Sequence record: SRR20825010_784
Direction: 5' to 3' (one strand)
Length of the DNA stretch: 45,084 nucleotides
Positions 10,540 through 19,640 of this stretch are shown piece by piece. Under the pieces are notes generated by a model that saw nothing but the letters and a program-made list of their open reading frames with translations, was not told the DNA's origin and made no database searches. Each line of letters opens with the position of its first letter. Position 1 is the stretch's first letter. The translations under genes were made by a program, and so were the position numbers.

Positions 10540-11319
10540 TCAAACCGCAGCTTTCATTTCTTCTTCAACCACTTCCGCAATCTGTTCCGGTTTTGGCAGA
10601 GGATGGTGAACGGGCAAATCAAAAGTGATCGTTGCGCCAAATACCTCCATCTCCTCCGGTCGGGTATGACGACGATCAAATGCAATAACGCGGGTGCCAA
10701 GCTTGAAGGCTTCTGACAAATCATGTGTCACCATGAAAACAGTCATGCCCGTCTCGTGCCAAAGCTCGAGAAGGGTCTCATGAACACCCGCACGAATACC
10801 CGGATCAAGCGCCCCGAATGGCTCATCCAGCAGAAGAAGCTTGGGCTTCTTTACAAGCGCTTGCGCAATAGCGAGTCTTTGCTGCATTCCGCCAGAAAGC
10901 TCAGAAGGATATTTTCCTTCTGCCGCCCCAAGGCCAACATTGGCCAACATTTCACGCGAAATATCGCGGGCCTCACGACGCTTCGCGCCAAGCAAAATAC
11001 CCAGCCGCGGTGCAGCAGCCAGTTCCAATCCCAACATCACATTCTGCAGACAAGTCAGATGGGGAAAGACAGAGTATTTCTGAAACACAACACCACGATC
11101 AGGCGATGGCTCCGCAACAAGCGGCTCACCATCTACAAGAATGCGCCCCTGACTTGGCGCTTCATCGCCCAGCAACATTCTTAGAAAGGTCGACTTCCCA
11201 CAGCCTGACGGCCCAACCAGCGATACGAAGGATTTTGGCGCCACCTCGAAGGAAATACGCTCCAGCACAGTTTGGCGGCCATAAGTTTTCCAGACATTTT
11301 CGACACTCACGCTACTCAT
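10540..11319 (-). CDS. ABC transporter ATP-binding protein (nitrate/sulfonate/taurine type, guanidine importer)
   Basis: Walker A GPSGCGKST, signature LSGGMQQR, Walker B LLLDEPFGALD, VTHD. Confidence 0.95.
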   Translation of the reverse strand: MSSVSVENVWKTYGRQTVLERISFEVAPKSFVSLVGPSGCGKSTFLRMLLGDEAPSQGRILVDGEPLVAEPSPDRGVVFQKYSVFPHLTCLQNVMLGLELAAAPRLGILLGAKRREARDISREMLANVGLGAAEGKYPSELSGGMQQRLAIAQALVKKPKLLLLDEPFGALDPGIRAGVHETLLELWHETGMTVFMVTHDLSEAFKLGTRVIAFDRRHTRPEEMEVFGATITFDLPVHHPLPKPEQIAEVVEEEMKAAV

Positions 11320-11331
11320 GGCTTACAAACC

Positions 11332-12150
11332 TCAGGCCTGTCCGCGATACATCCAGCGGAACAAGCTCCGCTGGGTGATGCGCAGAATGAAATCGAGAGA
11401 GAAAGCAAGAAACGTGATCCAAAACACATAGGGCAAGATCACATCCATTGCGAGATAACGGCGCATCAGAAAGATGCGATATCCAAGACCGTTCTCCGCG
11501 GCAATTGCCTCAGCCGCGATGAGAAAAAGCCACGCCGCACCAAGCGAGAGACGCACGCTATCGATCAAGCGCGGCAACATCTGAGGCAAAACCACTCGCA
11601 AAATAATTTGCCATGTCGATGCACCCAGCGTCTGCGCCTTAATGATCTGCTCGTGGGGAATTTCCTCGGTGCGCAATGAGAGGTCGCGCACGATGAAAGG
11701 CACAATGCCGAAAATAATCAGAACCACTTTCGACAGCTCGCCAAGACCGAACGTGATGAAAAGAATAGGCAATATCGCAAGCGGCGGGATCATAGAAACC
11801 ACGGATGTGAATTGCGCCATCATGGCCCGCACATAAGGGATCAGCCCTTGCAAGATACCGAGAATACCACCAATCACCGTGGCTGCGGCGACACCGATAG
11901 CCAACCGACGAAGGCTGGCTATCGTGTCCGCTAAAAGCAGATAATCCCCTGTTCGCAGATCGGGCACGAAGCCCATGCGGATAATGGCCGCCTCTATGCT
12001 TGACCACGCCGGAAGAAGCTTATCAGCGGGATTGACCGCAAGACGCGCTTCAGACGAGACAACATAGGCAAGTAAGACCAGCGCAAAGGGCAATGCCGCA
12101 AGTAGCAGGCGATAAAGCACACTTGGATGCTGATTGATGAGGCGACGCAT
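11332..12150 (-). CDS. ABC transporter permease (guanidine importer)
   Basis: Multiple TM helices, EAA-like loop KAQTLGAS, AAEAIAAENGLGYRIFLMRRYLAMDVILPYV. Confidence 0.93.
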   Translation of the reverse strand: MRRLINQHPSVLYRLLLAALPFALVLLAYVVSSEARLAVNPADKLLPAWSSIEAAIIRMGFVPDLRTGDYLLLADTIASLRRLAIGVAAATVIGGILGILQGLIPYVRAMMAQFTSVVSMIPPLAILPILFITFGLGELSKVVLIIFGIVPFIVRDLSLRTEEIPHEQIIKAQTLGASTWQIILRVVLPQMLPRLIDSVRLSLGAAWLFLIAAEAIAAENGLGYRIFLMRRYLAMDVILPYVFWITFLAFSLDFILRITQRSLFRWMYRGQA

Positions 12151-12184
12151 GGAAAACCCGATCTGCGATTATGAGATAAAAGGC

Positions 12185-13261
12185 TCAGAGCTTTCCTTCG
12201 GCCGCGAGCTTCATATATTTGTCGGTAAAACGAAATTTCACATTGCTCGCATCACCGATGATTTTACCGTCGGCAAATTCAATACCAACCACATCGGCCG
12301 ACGGTGCATTATTGCCAAGCAATCCATGTGTGAAGAGAAAGTTCCGGACTTTATCCATGGCAGGCACAAGATCGCCGGATGTGAAGGCAACCATTTCTTC
12401 CGGCGTCCAGAACATTTTCGTTGTCGAAAGCTGGTCATCGTAACCCGCAAGGTCCGTACCCGATGCCGTGGCCATTTCAGTGCGGGCCGCAACACCTGTT
12501 GCCTCAGCTTGCATCAAGGCCAATGTTTCAAACCAGATGCCCACCATGGCTTTACCGAAATCGGGATTGTCGGCGAGCGTCTGTGTATTGACGACGAGAA
12601 GATCCTGAATTTCGCCAGGTATCGAGCTTGAGTCGAAAACAGAATTCGCTTTGGAATCCTTAAGGATTGAAGCGACCATCGGATTCCACGTCACGATGGC
12701 CGTCACGTCATCTGTCTTCCATGCCGCTTCCATATCAGCATCAGAAGTGTTGACGACCGTAACATCCCTCTCGCTCAACCCAACCGTTTCCAGAGCGCGG
12801 GCAAGGGTATAGTGCGACACAGACAACTCAACCAGATTGACCTTCTGGCCCTTGATGTCCTCAAGTTTGCTCTTGTCCTTCAGAATGATCGCATCATTAC
12901 CGTTGGAATAGTCACCGACGATAAGCGCTGTCGTATCCACACCACCAACCGAAGGAATGGCAAGCGCATCCATGTTCGTCGACAGCACACCATCAAGTGA
13001 ACCGGCAGTATATTGGTTGATGGATTCGATATAGTCGTTGAACTGCACGACTTCGATCTTCAGACCATACTTATCGGCCCATTTCTTCACGATGCCATGC
13101 TCTTGCGCATAACCCCATGGCATCCAGCCGACATAGATCGACCAGGCGACTTTAAACTCTTTCTTCTGCGCAGCCTCTGCAGGTGCGCTGGTCAAAATCG
13201 GACTTATCACCAGCGTCAATGCAGCTGCCGCCGCGATAGCTAACTTGGATAGAGATTTCAT
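12185..13261 (-). CDS. ABC substrate-binding protein 1 ('putative urea ABC SBP' family, likely guanidine-binding)
   Basis: Signal peptide MKSLSKLAIAAAAALTL..., AWSIYVGWMPW, TNMDAL, IVGDYSNGND; GGAGG SD before ATG at 13261; first gene after the guanidine-I riboswitch. Confidence 0.92.
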   Translation of the reverse strand: MKSLSKLAIAAAAALTLVISPILTSAPAEAAQKKEFKVAWSIYVGWMPWGYAQEHGIVKKWADKYGLKIEVVQFNDYIESINQYTAGSLDGVLSTNMDALAIPSVGGVDTTALIVGDYSNGNDAIILKDKSKLEDIKGQKVNLVELSVSHYTLARALETVGLSERDVTVVNTSDADMEAAWKTDDVTAIVTWNPMVASILKDSKANSVFDSSSIPGEIQDLLVVNTQTLADNPDFGKAMVGIWFETLALMQAEATGVAARTEMATASGTDLAGYDDQLSTTKMFWTPEEMVAFTSGDLVPAMDKVRNFLFTHGLLGNNAPSADVVGIEFADGKIIGDASNVKFRFTDKYMKLAAEGKL

Positions 13262-13350
13262 GTCGTCAGTCCTCCGGACCGTTTGAGTGCGTTCCAAATC
13301 GGAGGATTGGCGTGACAAGGCGGTGCAATGCCAATCCTCGCATTACGTCC

Positions 13351-13462
13351 GTCTCCCGGGCTTTTATCCCGCCGTGTACCTGACCGCTGTTCACCGATCA
13401 GGCTGCGGCTCTCGGACCAGCACCTTCCAGTAAATAAGGAAGGCCGGAACCCTAGCCGCTGC
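13351..13462 (-). ncRNA. Guanidine-I riboswitch (ykkC-yxkD)
   Basis: Minus strand reads GCGGCTAGGGTTCCG...GCTGGTCCGAGAGCCGC...TACACGGCGGGATAAAAGCCCGGGAG, matching the ykkC/guanidine-I consensus blocks; lies upstream of guanidine catabolic genes. Confidence 0.95.
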
Positions 13463-13475
13463 CGAAATAACTAAG

Positions 13476-13491
13476 TGCAAAGCGCGGGCCA
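13476..13491 (-). promoter_or_regulatory. Sigma-54 (RpoN) -24/-12 promoter of the guanidine operon
   Basis: TGGCCCGCGCTTTGCA (GG-N10-GC); the predicted TSS near 13465 coincides with the riboswitch 5' end. Confidence 0.8.
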
Positions 13492-13553
13492 CTCTGATCT
13501 TTGTTCATTTACGCGGTTTTCTGGCGCATGCGCACAAGAGGAATCGACAAAAC

Positions 13554-13599
13554 AGCCACAAAATTGAGCAGCAGAACAAAGCTGCCACAAAGATGGGCA
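13554..13599. promoter_or_regulatory. Tandem NtrC-like enhancer sites
   Basis: AGCCACAAAATTGAGCA (13554-13570) and TGCCACAAAGATGGGCA (13583-13599); 17-bp (T/A)GC-N11-GCA with A-rich core, upstream of the sigma-54 promoter. Confidence 0.65.
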
Positions 13600-13601
13600 A
13601 C

Positions 13602-13632
13602 AAAAAGCCCGACACTATGAAAAGTGTCGGGC
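13602..13632 (-). terminator. Rho-independent terminator after SBP2
   Basis: GCCCGACACT-TTTCAT-AGTGTCGGGC followed by TTTTT on the minus strand, ~25 nt past the stop at 13657. Confidence 0.88.
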
Positions 13633-13656
13633 CGTACCGTAGTCAGTCGATAAGAT

Positions 13657-14748
13657 TTACAATTTGCCGTCAGCGGCCATCTGCATAAAGCTTGGATCAA
13701 CACGCAGCTTCACATTGGTCTTATCACCAACCACCTTACCGCCGGGAAGCTCAATACCGATCGCGCCCTTATCCTTGGCGGCAGCTCCAAGCAATCCGTG
13801 CGTGAAGCTAAACTCCATGGTCCGATCCACAATCTTTTCCATTTGCGGGCCGTTGAACGCCTCGGCTCCCTTGGCAGGGTCATAGTAGAAAGCAGTTGTG
13901 GATACCTGATTGTCAAAATCGGCAAGATCAGTTCCTGACGCAGCAGCCATAAAGGTCCGCGCTGCAATACCTTCCTTGTCATTTTTCTGCATGACACCCA
14001 GCGTTTCGTACCAAGCTCCCGTCAGCGCCTTACCGAATTCGGGGCTGTCTTTCAGAACCTTCGTATTGACGATGAGAATGTCCTGAATTTCACCAGGCAA
14101 TTCCGAAGAGTTAAACACTTCGGATGCCGTTCCAAGTTGACGGATCTGGCTGGTGGCTGGGTTCCACGCTACAACGGATTGCACATCATTTGTATTATAG
14201 GCGGCAACAAAATCTGCATCCGCGATATTGGCTGTTGTAACATCACCTTCAGACAGACCAGCCTCTTGCAGCGCCCGCCACAACATGTAATGCGAAACCG
14301 AGTACTGGACGAGATAAACCTTCTCGCCTTTCAGATCGGCCATCGTCTTGCCTTTGCCTTTGATGAAGATCGAGTCATTGCCGTTCGTGTAATCACCAAC
14401 AATAATCATTGTCGTATCCACACCGCCGGCCGCCGGAATGGTGAGGCTGTCCATGACAGTATCTGTTACCGCATCAAACTGACCGGCTGTGTACTGGTTG
14501 AGAGATTCCACATAGTCATTGACCTGCACCAGCTCGATCTTGATGCCGTACTTATCAGCCCATTTTTTTAGGATGCCGGATTTTTCCGCGTAGGCCCAAG
14601 GCATGTATCCAGTATAGATCGACCAAGCGATTTTGAAGGTCTTCTCTTTCCCATCCGCCGCCAACGCAGGCGCCACACCTGCCATCATCAGCATGGCCCC
14701 CGCAACAACCAAAGCACTAAATTTCTTTAAGATATCAATCTTTTTCAT
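13657..14748 (-). CDS. ABC substrate-binding protein 2 (paralog of SBP1; candidate methylguanidine/substituted-guanidine binder)
   Basis: Signal peptide MKKIDILKKFSALVVAGAMLMMAGVAPALA, AWSIYTGYMPW, KKWADKYG, IVGDYTNGND; AAAGGA SD before ATG at 14748. Confidence 0.9.
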   Translation of the reverse strand: MKKIDILKKFSALVVAGAMLMMAGVAPALAADGKEKTFKIAWSIYTGYMPWAYAEKSGILKKWADKYGIKIELVQVNDYVESLNQYTAGQFDAVTDTVMDSLTIPAAGGVDTTMIIVGDYTNGNDSIFIKGKGKTMADLKGEKVYLVQYSVSHYMLWRALQEAGLSEGDVTTANIADADFVAAYNTNDVQSVVAWNPATSQIRQLGTASEVFNSSELPGEIQDILIVNTKVLKDSPEFGKALTGAWYETLGVMQKNDKEGIAARTFMAAASGTDLADFDNQVSTTAFYYDPAKGAEAFNGPQMEKIVDRTMEFSFTHGLLGAAAKDKGAIGIELPGGKVVGDKTNVKLRVDPSFMQMAADGKL

Positions 14749-14848
14749 GGACCGTCCTTTCATCGGAAAGCCAGAAGCGGCTCGCCAAAACTCACAAAAC
14801 TCAATACGGACGTTTCCCCAAATTTTTTCATTTTTGTTCCAAGCGAAA

Positions 14849-15967
14849 TCAGGCCGTTTCTTTCCGGCCGAAAGCGATGTCACTTGCAACCTCCGATTCA
14901 GGAAAAGCAACAACGCCATCTTTCTGTAGCTGTCGTAGATAGGAAAAAGTCTTCATCGTCTGGGCGAGCAGGTGATCGCCGGCCACATAATGCGGATAGC
15001 GCCTAGCACTATCATCGCGAAACTCGGGCAATGGCTCGATCACCGTGTCATAATCCACAGCACAGAAAAGCGGGAAGGAAAAACGTTCTTGCGGCACGTC
15101 CCGCACACGATGCGGAGTGGCGATAAAGCGCCCATTAGTCAGCACCTCAAGCATGTCACCAATATTGATAACAAAAGCGCCCGGCACCGGCGGGGCGTCA
15201 ATCCAGTCGCCAGCCGCATTCAGCACCTCAAGACCCGGCAATGTTGCGCGCAGAATTGTGAAGCACTCATAATCGGTATGCGGGCTAATTCCCCACTCAC
15301 TCTTTTGTGTTGTGGCACCGTCGCCTTCAAACTGGCTCAGACCTTCGGGATAATGAACAAGCCGCAATTGCGATGGTGGCTTGCGGGTGAGGCTTTCAAA
15401 ATAATCTTCAGGCATCCCCAGAGCCAAAGCAAAGCCGCGAAACAATGTCTGACTGAGCTCAATAACTGCCTTGTAATAGCCATATACGTCGGCCTGAAAG
15501 AACGGCACTTCCACCGGCCACTGGTTCGGCCCAAGCAACCGATATCCTTTAATATGATCAGGGTCATCGGCAGGCAGTTCGATTGAAAGATCGAAAGCCT
15601 CCTTCTTGTCCACACTCGCCAGTTCACCGGCGTAGAAACTTTCCTCACCCATAGGCACGTAACCACGATGCGCGCGCGATTGACCAATGTAATATTGCTT
15701 TTTTACATCAACTGGCAGAGCAAAGAATTCTGACGCGCGCTCCAGCAATTTTTCGATCATTTCTTCGGGAATTCCATGGCCGGTCACATATAGAAATCCA
15801 ACATTGGCGGCCGCATCGGCTATTTCAGCCGCAACTTTCTGCTTGGCCTCTGCATCGCTTCCGAACAGCCCCGAAATATCAACCAATGGGATACGGTCAA
15901 ATGCCCGCCCCTTCACCTCAGTTTTCATTTCTTCCATGGACATGACATGCGTCTCCGATATTCTCAC
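14849..15967 (-). CDS. 2-oxoglutarate/Fe(II) dioxygenase, IPNS/DIOX_N family; candidate methylguanidine hydroxylase
   Basis: IPLVDIS, GFLYVTGHGI, HRGY, LRLVHYP, facial triad HTDYE...PHRV, RxS motif RFS. Substrate inferred from context only. Confidence 0.88.
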   Translation of the reverse strand: MRISETHVMSMEEMKTEVKGRAFDRIPLVDISGLFGSDAEAKQKVAAEIADAAANVGFLYVTGHGIPEEMIEKLLERASEFFALPVDVKKQYYIGQSRAHRGYVPMGEESFYAGELASVDKKEAFDLSIELPADDPDHIKGYRLLGPNQWPVEVPFFQADVYGYYKAVIELSQTLFRGFALALGMPEDYFESLTRKPPSQLRLVHYPEGLSQFEGDGATTQKSEWGISPHTDYECFTILRATLPGLEVLNAAGDWIDAPPVPGAFVINIGDMLEVLTNGRFIATPHRVRDVPQERFSFPLFCAVDYDTVIEPLPEFRDDSARRYPHYVAGDHLLAQTMKTFSYLRQLQKDGVVAFPESEVASDIAFGRKETA

Positions 15968-15972
15968 CGCTC

Positions 15973-16794
15973 TCAGCGGGCCATCTGAATAGTTGTTGCT
16001 TGCGAAAAAGCCTCAAGATCACCTTCAACATCAAGAATGTTCCAGTAACGCTCCATCGGTCGACCATTGCTGGCGGTGTCGCGGATTAGTAATTCACTTC
16101 CGGCTTTGGAAACCAGCTCGGGATCAAGCATCTGTGAATCACGGTATGGCAAAGTCGAGCGCTGAATGATCCAACCCGCAGATGTGACTGCACCTTGCGA
16201 AATTTCGCAATCAATCAGGTCTTGAGCACTTTGGAGGTCGGGCGCCTGCGCCACGCAGTCGCGCAGATGCTGTCCTTCGGGCAGTTCAACCTTCCGCCCG
16301 CGCGCATACATGAAAAGCGAACCGACCCGCAGAAGAAATCCCCGCTCACCGTCTGCTTGCCCTTCAAGTCGCAGAGCGCAAAGCGGACGTTTGCCAATCG
16401 GCTCAGCATGCCAATGCTCGATATAGGGAATCTCGCGCCCTTCTTCGATCATCATCTCGTTTTCAAACCAAAGCTTACCCTCATCGGAGTAGATGGCTTG
16501 TGGTTGAAAATCGATTTCTCGACGCCACTCGTAGTACGTGCCGTCAAAATGCAACACACCGCCAAAGCCTTCCTGCTCGGCGATCCACTCCAACTGCGTC
16601 TGCGAAAGCTGGCGCAAGCCCATGACATTGTGGAAATCAGGTTTTGCAACAGGCTGGCGAAGATCAATATAGATGCCCAGTCCCTGCATCCAGTTGACCC
16701 ATGTTTCACAATCTTCCCGACCATCTGGCCAGGCAATCAACGAACGCCGCCACAATCCGGTCAATTGATCAAAATCGGGAATTTCTTTTGTCAT
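15973..16794 (-). CDS. Hypothetical protein (HRI1-like); candidate N-(hydroxymethyl)guanidine lyase
   Basis: 273-aa ORF 5 nt upstream of the dioxygenase; Trp-rich motifs GLWRRSLI, YIDLR, EGFGG, WRREIDFQP, YIEHW. Function inferred from context. Confidence 0.7.
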   Translation of the reverse strand: MTKEIPDFDQLTGLWRRSLIAWPDGREDCETWVNWMQGLGIYIDLRQPVAKPDFHNVMGLRQLSQTQLEWIAEQEGFGGVLHFDGTYYEWRREIDFQPQAIYSDEGKLWFENEMMIEEGREIPYIEHWHAEPIGKRPLCALRLEGQADGERGFLLRVGSLFMYARGRKVELPEGQHLRDCVAQAPDLQSAQDLIDCEISQGAVTSAGWIIQRSTLPYRDSQMLDPELVSKAGSELLIRDTASNGRPMERYWNILDVEGDLEAFSQATTIQMAR

Positions 16795-16878
16795 CCGCTC
16801 ACTCGATCTCCGCAGCTTTTGAAAGAAAGAGTGATGCAGCGCAACAAACCCGCGAAGTCACAAAATCACGATACCGGC

Positions 16879-16895
16879 CATAGATGAAATCTATG
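16879..16895. promoter_or_regulatory. LysR-type binding site (T-N11-A dyad)
   Basis: Perfect inverted repeat CATAGAT-GAA-ATCTATG between the LysR gene and the lyase/dioxygenase/SBP2 unit. Confidence 0.7.
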
Positions 16896-16918
16896 ACCGA
16901 TTATACGGAGCTCGAACG

Positions 16919-17908
16919 TCAGAGCTCCGGCGGCTTGCTTCGCAAGCGGGATAGAATTTCTCTTAGGAAGATTTCGGTCGGCGTATCGCGCACCGCCTCT
17001 TCGCGCGTGACGAGATAAACATGATAGCTCGGCAGATTATCAGCCGCCAGCAGCGGCCACAGCCGACCTGCATCCTGCAGAGGTTCGCCAACACAGGTCG
17101 GAAGAAAGCCAATCCCGACACCAAGCTCGATCAACCTGATAACTTCATGCAGGTTTTCGGCAAATCCGCCGCCACGCGGCCCCGCTCCGCCCCCTCTATT
17201 TTGTCCAAGGCCAAAACGGCGTCGGAACCGTTCAAGCTCTTCCGGTTCATCATGCCCCGTTAAAATAAAGGCCTCGTCGCAAAGCTCTGACGGCAATGCG
17301 AATGCCCGCCCAAATAGCGGATGGCGCGACCCACAATAGAGCTGTTGAACTTCCCGCATCAGAGGCTCATAGCAAAGCCCTTCACCGGGCGCGCTGTCAC
17401 ATGCAATACCCACTTCCGCCTCACCCTGGCGCAATGCCCGCACCACATTGCGCCAGGGCGTGACTTCAAGATGAATCTCGACACCAGGGTGAACTTGATG
17501 AAAAGCGATCAGCGCCTCGTCAAATTGCGGCGAGACAACACTAGAGATGGTGCGGATATTGATCACGCCTTCCAAAAGGTTTGCCGCCTTGGCCACCTCA
17601 TGCGGTGCGGCACGGGCGGCCTCAAGCATAACCTCGCAAAGCGGAAGTAGCGCGCGACCGGCAGGCGTCAGCTCAACGCCCTGACTGGTCCGACGAAACA
17701 GATCGACACCCAGATGATCTTCAAGGCGCTTCAAGCCAGCACTGACCGTCGGTTGCTGCCTGTTCATTTGGCGTGCCGCCGCGCTAATACCACCAGAGCG
17801 CACAATTTCCACAAATAGGCTGAAGAGATTCCAATCCACATTGCGCGCGAAGTGACGATCGTCAGAACGGACGGATTTTGAAGCGGATAACTGGGTCGGA
17901 TCAGGCAT
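16919..17908 (-). CDS. LysR-family transcriptional regulator
   Basis: HTH DWNLFSLFVEIVRSGGISAAARQMNRQQPTVSAGLKRLEDHLG..LF.R..LTPAG, plus LysR substrate domain. Confidence 0.95.
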   Translation of the reverse strand: MPDPTQLSASKSVRSDDRHFARNVDWNLFSLFVEIVRSGGISAAARQMNRQQPTVSAGLKRLEDHLGVDLFRRTSQGVELTPAGRALLPLCEVMLEAARAAPHEVAKAANLLEGVINIRTISSVVSPQFDEALIAFHQVHPGVEIHLEVTPWRNVVRALRQGEAEVGIACDSAPGEGLCYEPLMREVQQLYCGSRHPLFGRAFALPSELCDEAFILTGHDEPEELERFRRRFGLGQNRGGGAGPRGGGFAENLHEVIRLIELGVGIGFLPTCVGEPLQDAGRLWPLLAADNLPSYHVYLVTREEAVRDTPTEIFLREILSRLRSKPPEL

Positions 17909-17998
17909 AAAACGGGACCGATAAAACGAACGTTCGGCGCATCAGCAAAGCGCAGCTCAAAAACGTCGCAAATATCGGACCATTTGTCGAAAACAGAC

Positions 17999-18751
17999 CT
18001 ATTTGGCTGATTTCAGCCAATCAGGCGGCGGAATGGTCCGGTATGCCTTGGTCAATGCATCCGACCAAGCCTGTCGTAAGCCTTTGAAATAGGCATCGTC
18101 ATCCTTAATACGACGCTCCATCGACACATTCAGCGCATCACGACGATAGACCATTAGATCAATCGGCATTCCAACGGACAGATTTGACCGCATGGTAGAA
18201 TCCATCGAAATTAGCGCGAGTTTGATCGCATCCGTAACATCTGTGTCATAGGTCGCAGCCCGATCAATAATCGGCTTGCCATATTTATGCTCGCCAATTT
18301 GCAGATAGGGCGTGTCCTCAGTTGCCTCAATGTAGTTACCCGCCGAATAGATCTGGAACAGCCGCAACTGGCCGTTGCCGATCTGCCCGCCTAACAAGAT
18401 CGAAACACTGAATGTTTCTGATTGTGCTTCCAGCGCCGGTCCATCCATCTGGTAGACCTCCCGCACGGCACGGCCCATAAGCTGGGCCGCCCGAACCATG
18501 CTCGGAACTGTGTAAAGCGTCTCAAGCGGGCCATCGGGCTGCAAGGCGACCCCTTGTTCAGTCACCATATTCACCACAGCCTGACTAAGCGCCAGATTAC
18601 CTGCGGTCATAATGCCAAGCACCCGTTCGCCCGGCTGATTGATCACAGTGAGTTTGCGGAATGTCGAAATATTATCGACACCTGCATTGGTGCGCGTATC
18701 GGCCAACATAACGAGGCCGCCCCGAAGATGAAGCGCGACGCAGTAAGTCAT
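17999..18751 (-). CDS. anbu: Proteasome-type protease Anbu (Ntn hydrolase)
   Basis: N-terminal (M)TYCV with Thr1 nucleophile, ADTRTNAGVDNISTFRK, QIGEHKYGKP, SMDSTMRSNLSVGMP. Confidence 0.93.
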   Translation of the reverse strand: MTYCVALHLRGGLVMLADTRTNAGVDNISTFRKLTVINQPGERVLGIMTAGNLALSQAVVNMVTEQGVALQPDGPLETLYTVPSMVRAAQLMGRAVREVYQMDGPALEAQSETFSVSILLGGQIGNGQLRLFQIYSAGNYIEATEDTPYLQIGEHKYGKPIIDRAATYDTDVTDAIKLALISMDSTMRSNLSVGMPIDLMVYRRDALNVSMERRIKDDDAYFKGLRQAWSDALTKAYRTIPPPDWLKSAK

Positions 18752-18812
18752 TAACCTGAAACCTTGAATTCAATTCCCGGAACCCTTCCCGAGATAACGA
18801 TCTAATGCCGTT

Positions 18813-19631
18813 TTATTGCTGTGCGGCGGTTTCGGCAACACGAACCCGCACATCTAGCGTTTCCTGTCCACCGCCTCGACGCAAGCCCCGAATTGGCGCT
18901 GCCTCAAGATAATCAAGACCCGAAGCCACACGCAAATGGGCCTCAGTCGGGCATATGCGGTTGGCAACATCAAAGCCCACCCACCCCAGATCTTCGATAT
19001 AAGCCTCCGCCCATGCATGAGCCGCGTCGCCCTGCCCATCAGCCTCAGCCAAGAGATATCCGCTCACATATCGCGCTGGCAGTCCCGCAAGGCGCGCCGC
19101 TGACACGAAAACATGTGCGTGATCCTGACAAACGCCAGATCCATTTTCCAACGCTTGCGCTGCCGTAGTCGTCGCGTCGGTTTCACCGATCATATAATCG
19201 AGCGCGTCACGTGTCTTATGCATTAGGCAATGAGCCAAATCGAGTGAAGTGCCATCTGACGCTTTAATCGCGAGAGCTGCCAATTCCGTCACCGCCTGAT
19301 CAGGCTCGGTCAGAACTGTACGCCGCAGATAAAATCGCGGCGGAAATTTTTCGACCGCAGTCGACACAACGCCATGCGTCTCGCTCGTTTCCGCTTCACC
19401 GCTCACGCGCAGCCGTATTTCCGTATGCGGTCGCTCCACATAAAGCATCTGCAAAACATTGCCATAAACGTCACGCTGATCGCGCAAACTAGCAAACGCC
19501 GGCACCTCGACATTCCAGTTCAAAATCCTCTGCGATGCGGTATCGAGCGGCCGCAAGCGCAATGCTTGAATGGAATATGTCACCGGCTCGTCATAGGAGT
19601 AAACCGTATCGTGCTGGATATGTATGCGCAT
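18813..19631 (-). CDS. Transglutaminase-like protein
   Basis: N-terminal Bact_transglu_N-like domain (IQHDTVYSY..LRLRP); catalytic triad motifs GVCQDHAH, HAWAE, GWVGFD. Confidence 0.93.
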   Translation of the reverse strand: MRIHIQHDTVYSYDEPVTYSIQALRLRPLDTASQRILNWNVEVPAFASLRDQRDVYGNVLQMLYVERPHTEIRLRVSGEAETSETHGVVSTAVEKFPPRFYLRRTVLTEPDQAVTELAALAIKASDGTSLDLAHCLMHKTRDALDYMIGETDATTTAAQALENGSGVCQDHAHVFVSAARLAGLPARYVSGYLLAEADGQGDAAHAWAEAYIEDLGWVGFDVANRICPTEAHLRVASGLDYLEAAPIRGLRRGGGQETLDVRVRVAETAAQQ

Positions 19632-19640
19632 GGGATCAAC

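Noticed and set aside
14749-14919. Upstream extension of the SBP2 ORF (likewise 13262-13318, 23681-23842, 30161-30289, 37022-37120, 40909-41148 for other genes)
   Set aside because: Downstream starts have better SD sequences and/or signal peptides, and several extensions overlap neighbouring genes or regulatory RNA
17165-17200. Gly-rich RGGGAGPRGGG segment in the LysR protein
   Set aside because: In-frame low-complexity loop with different codons in the two RGGG copies; no evidence of function
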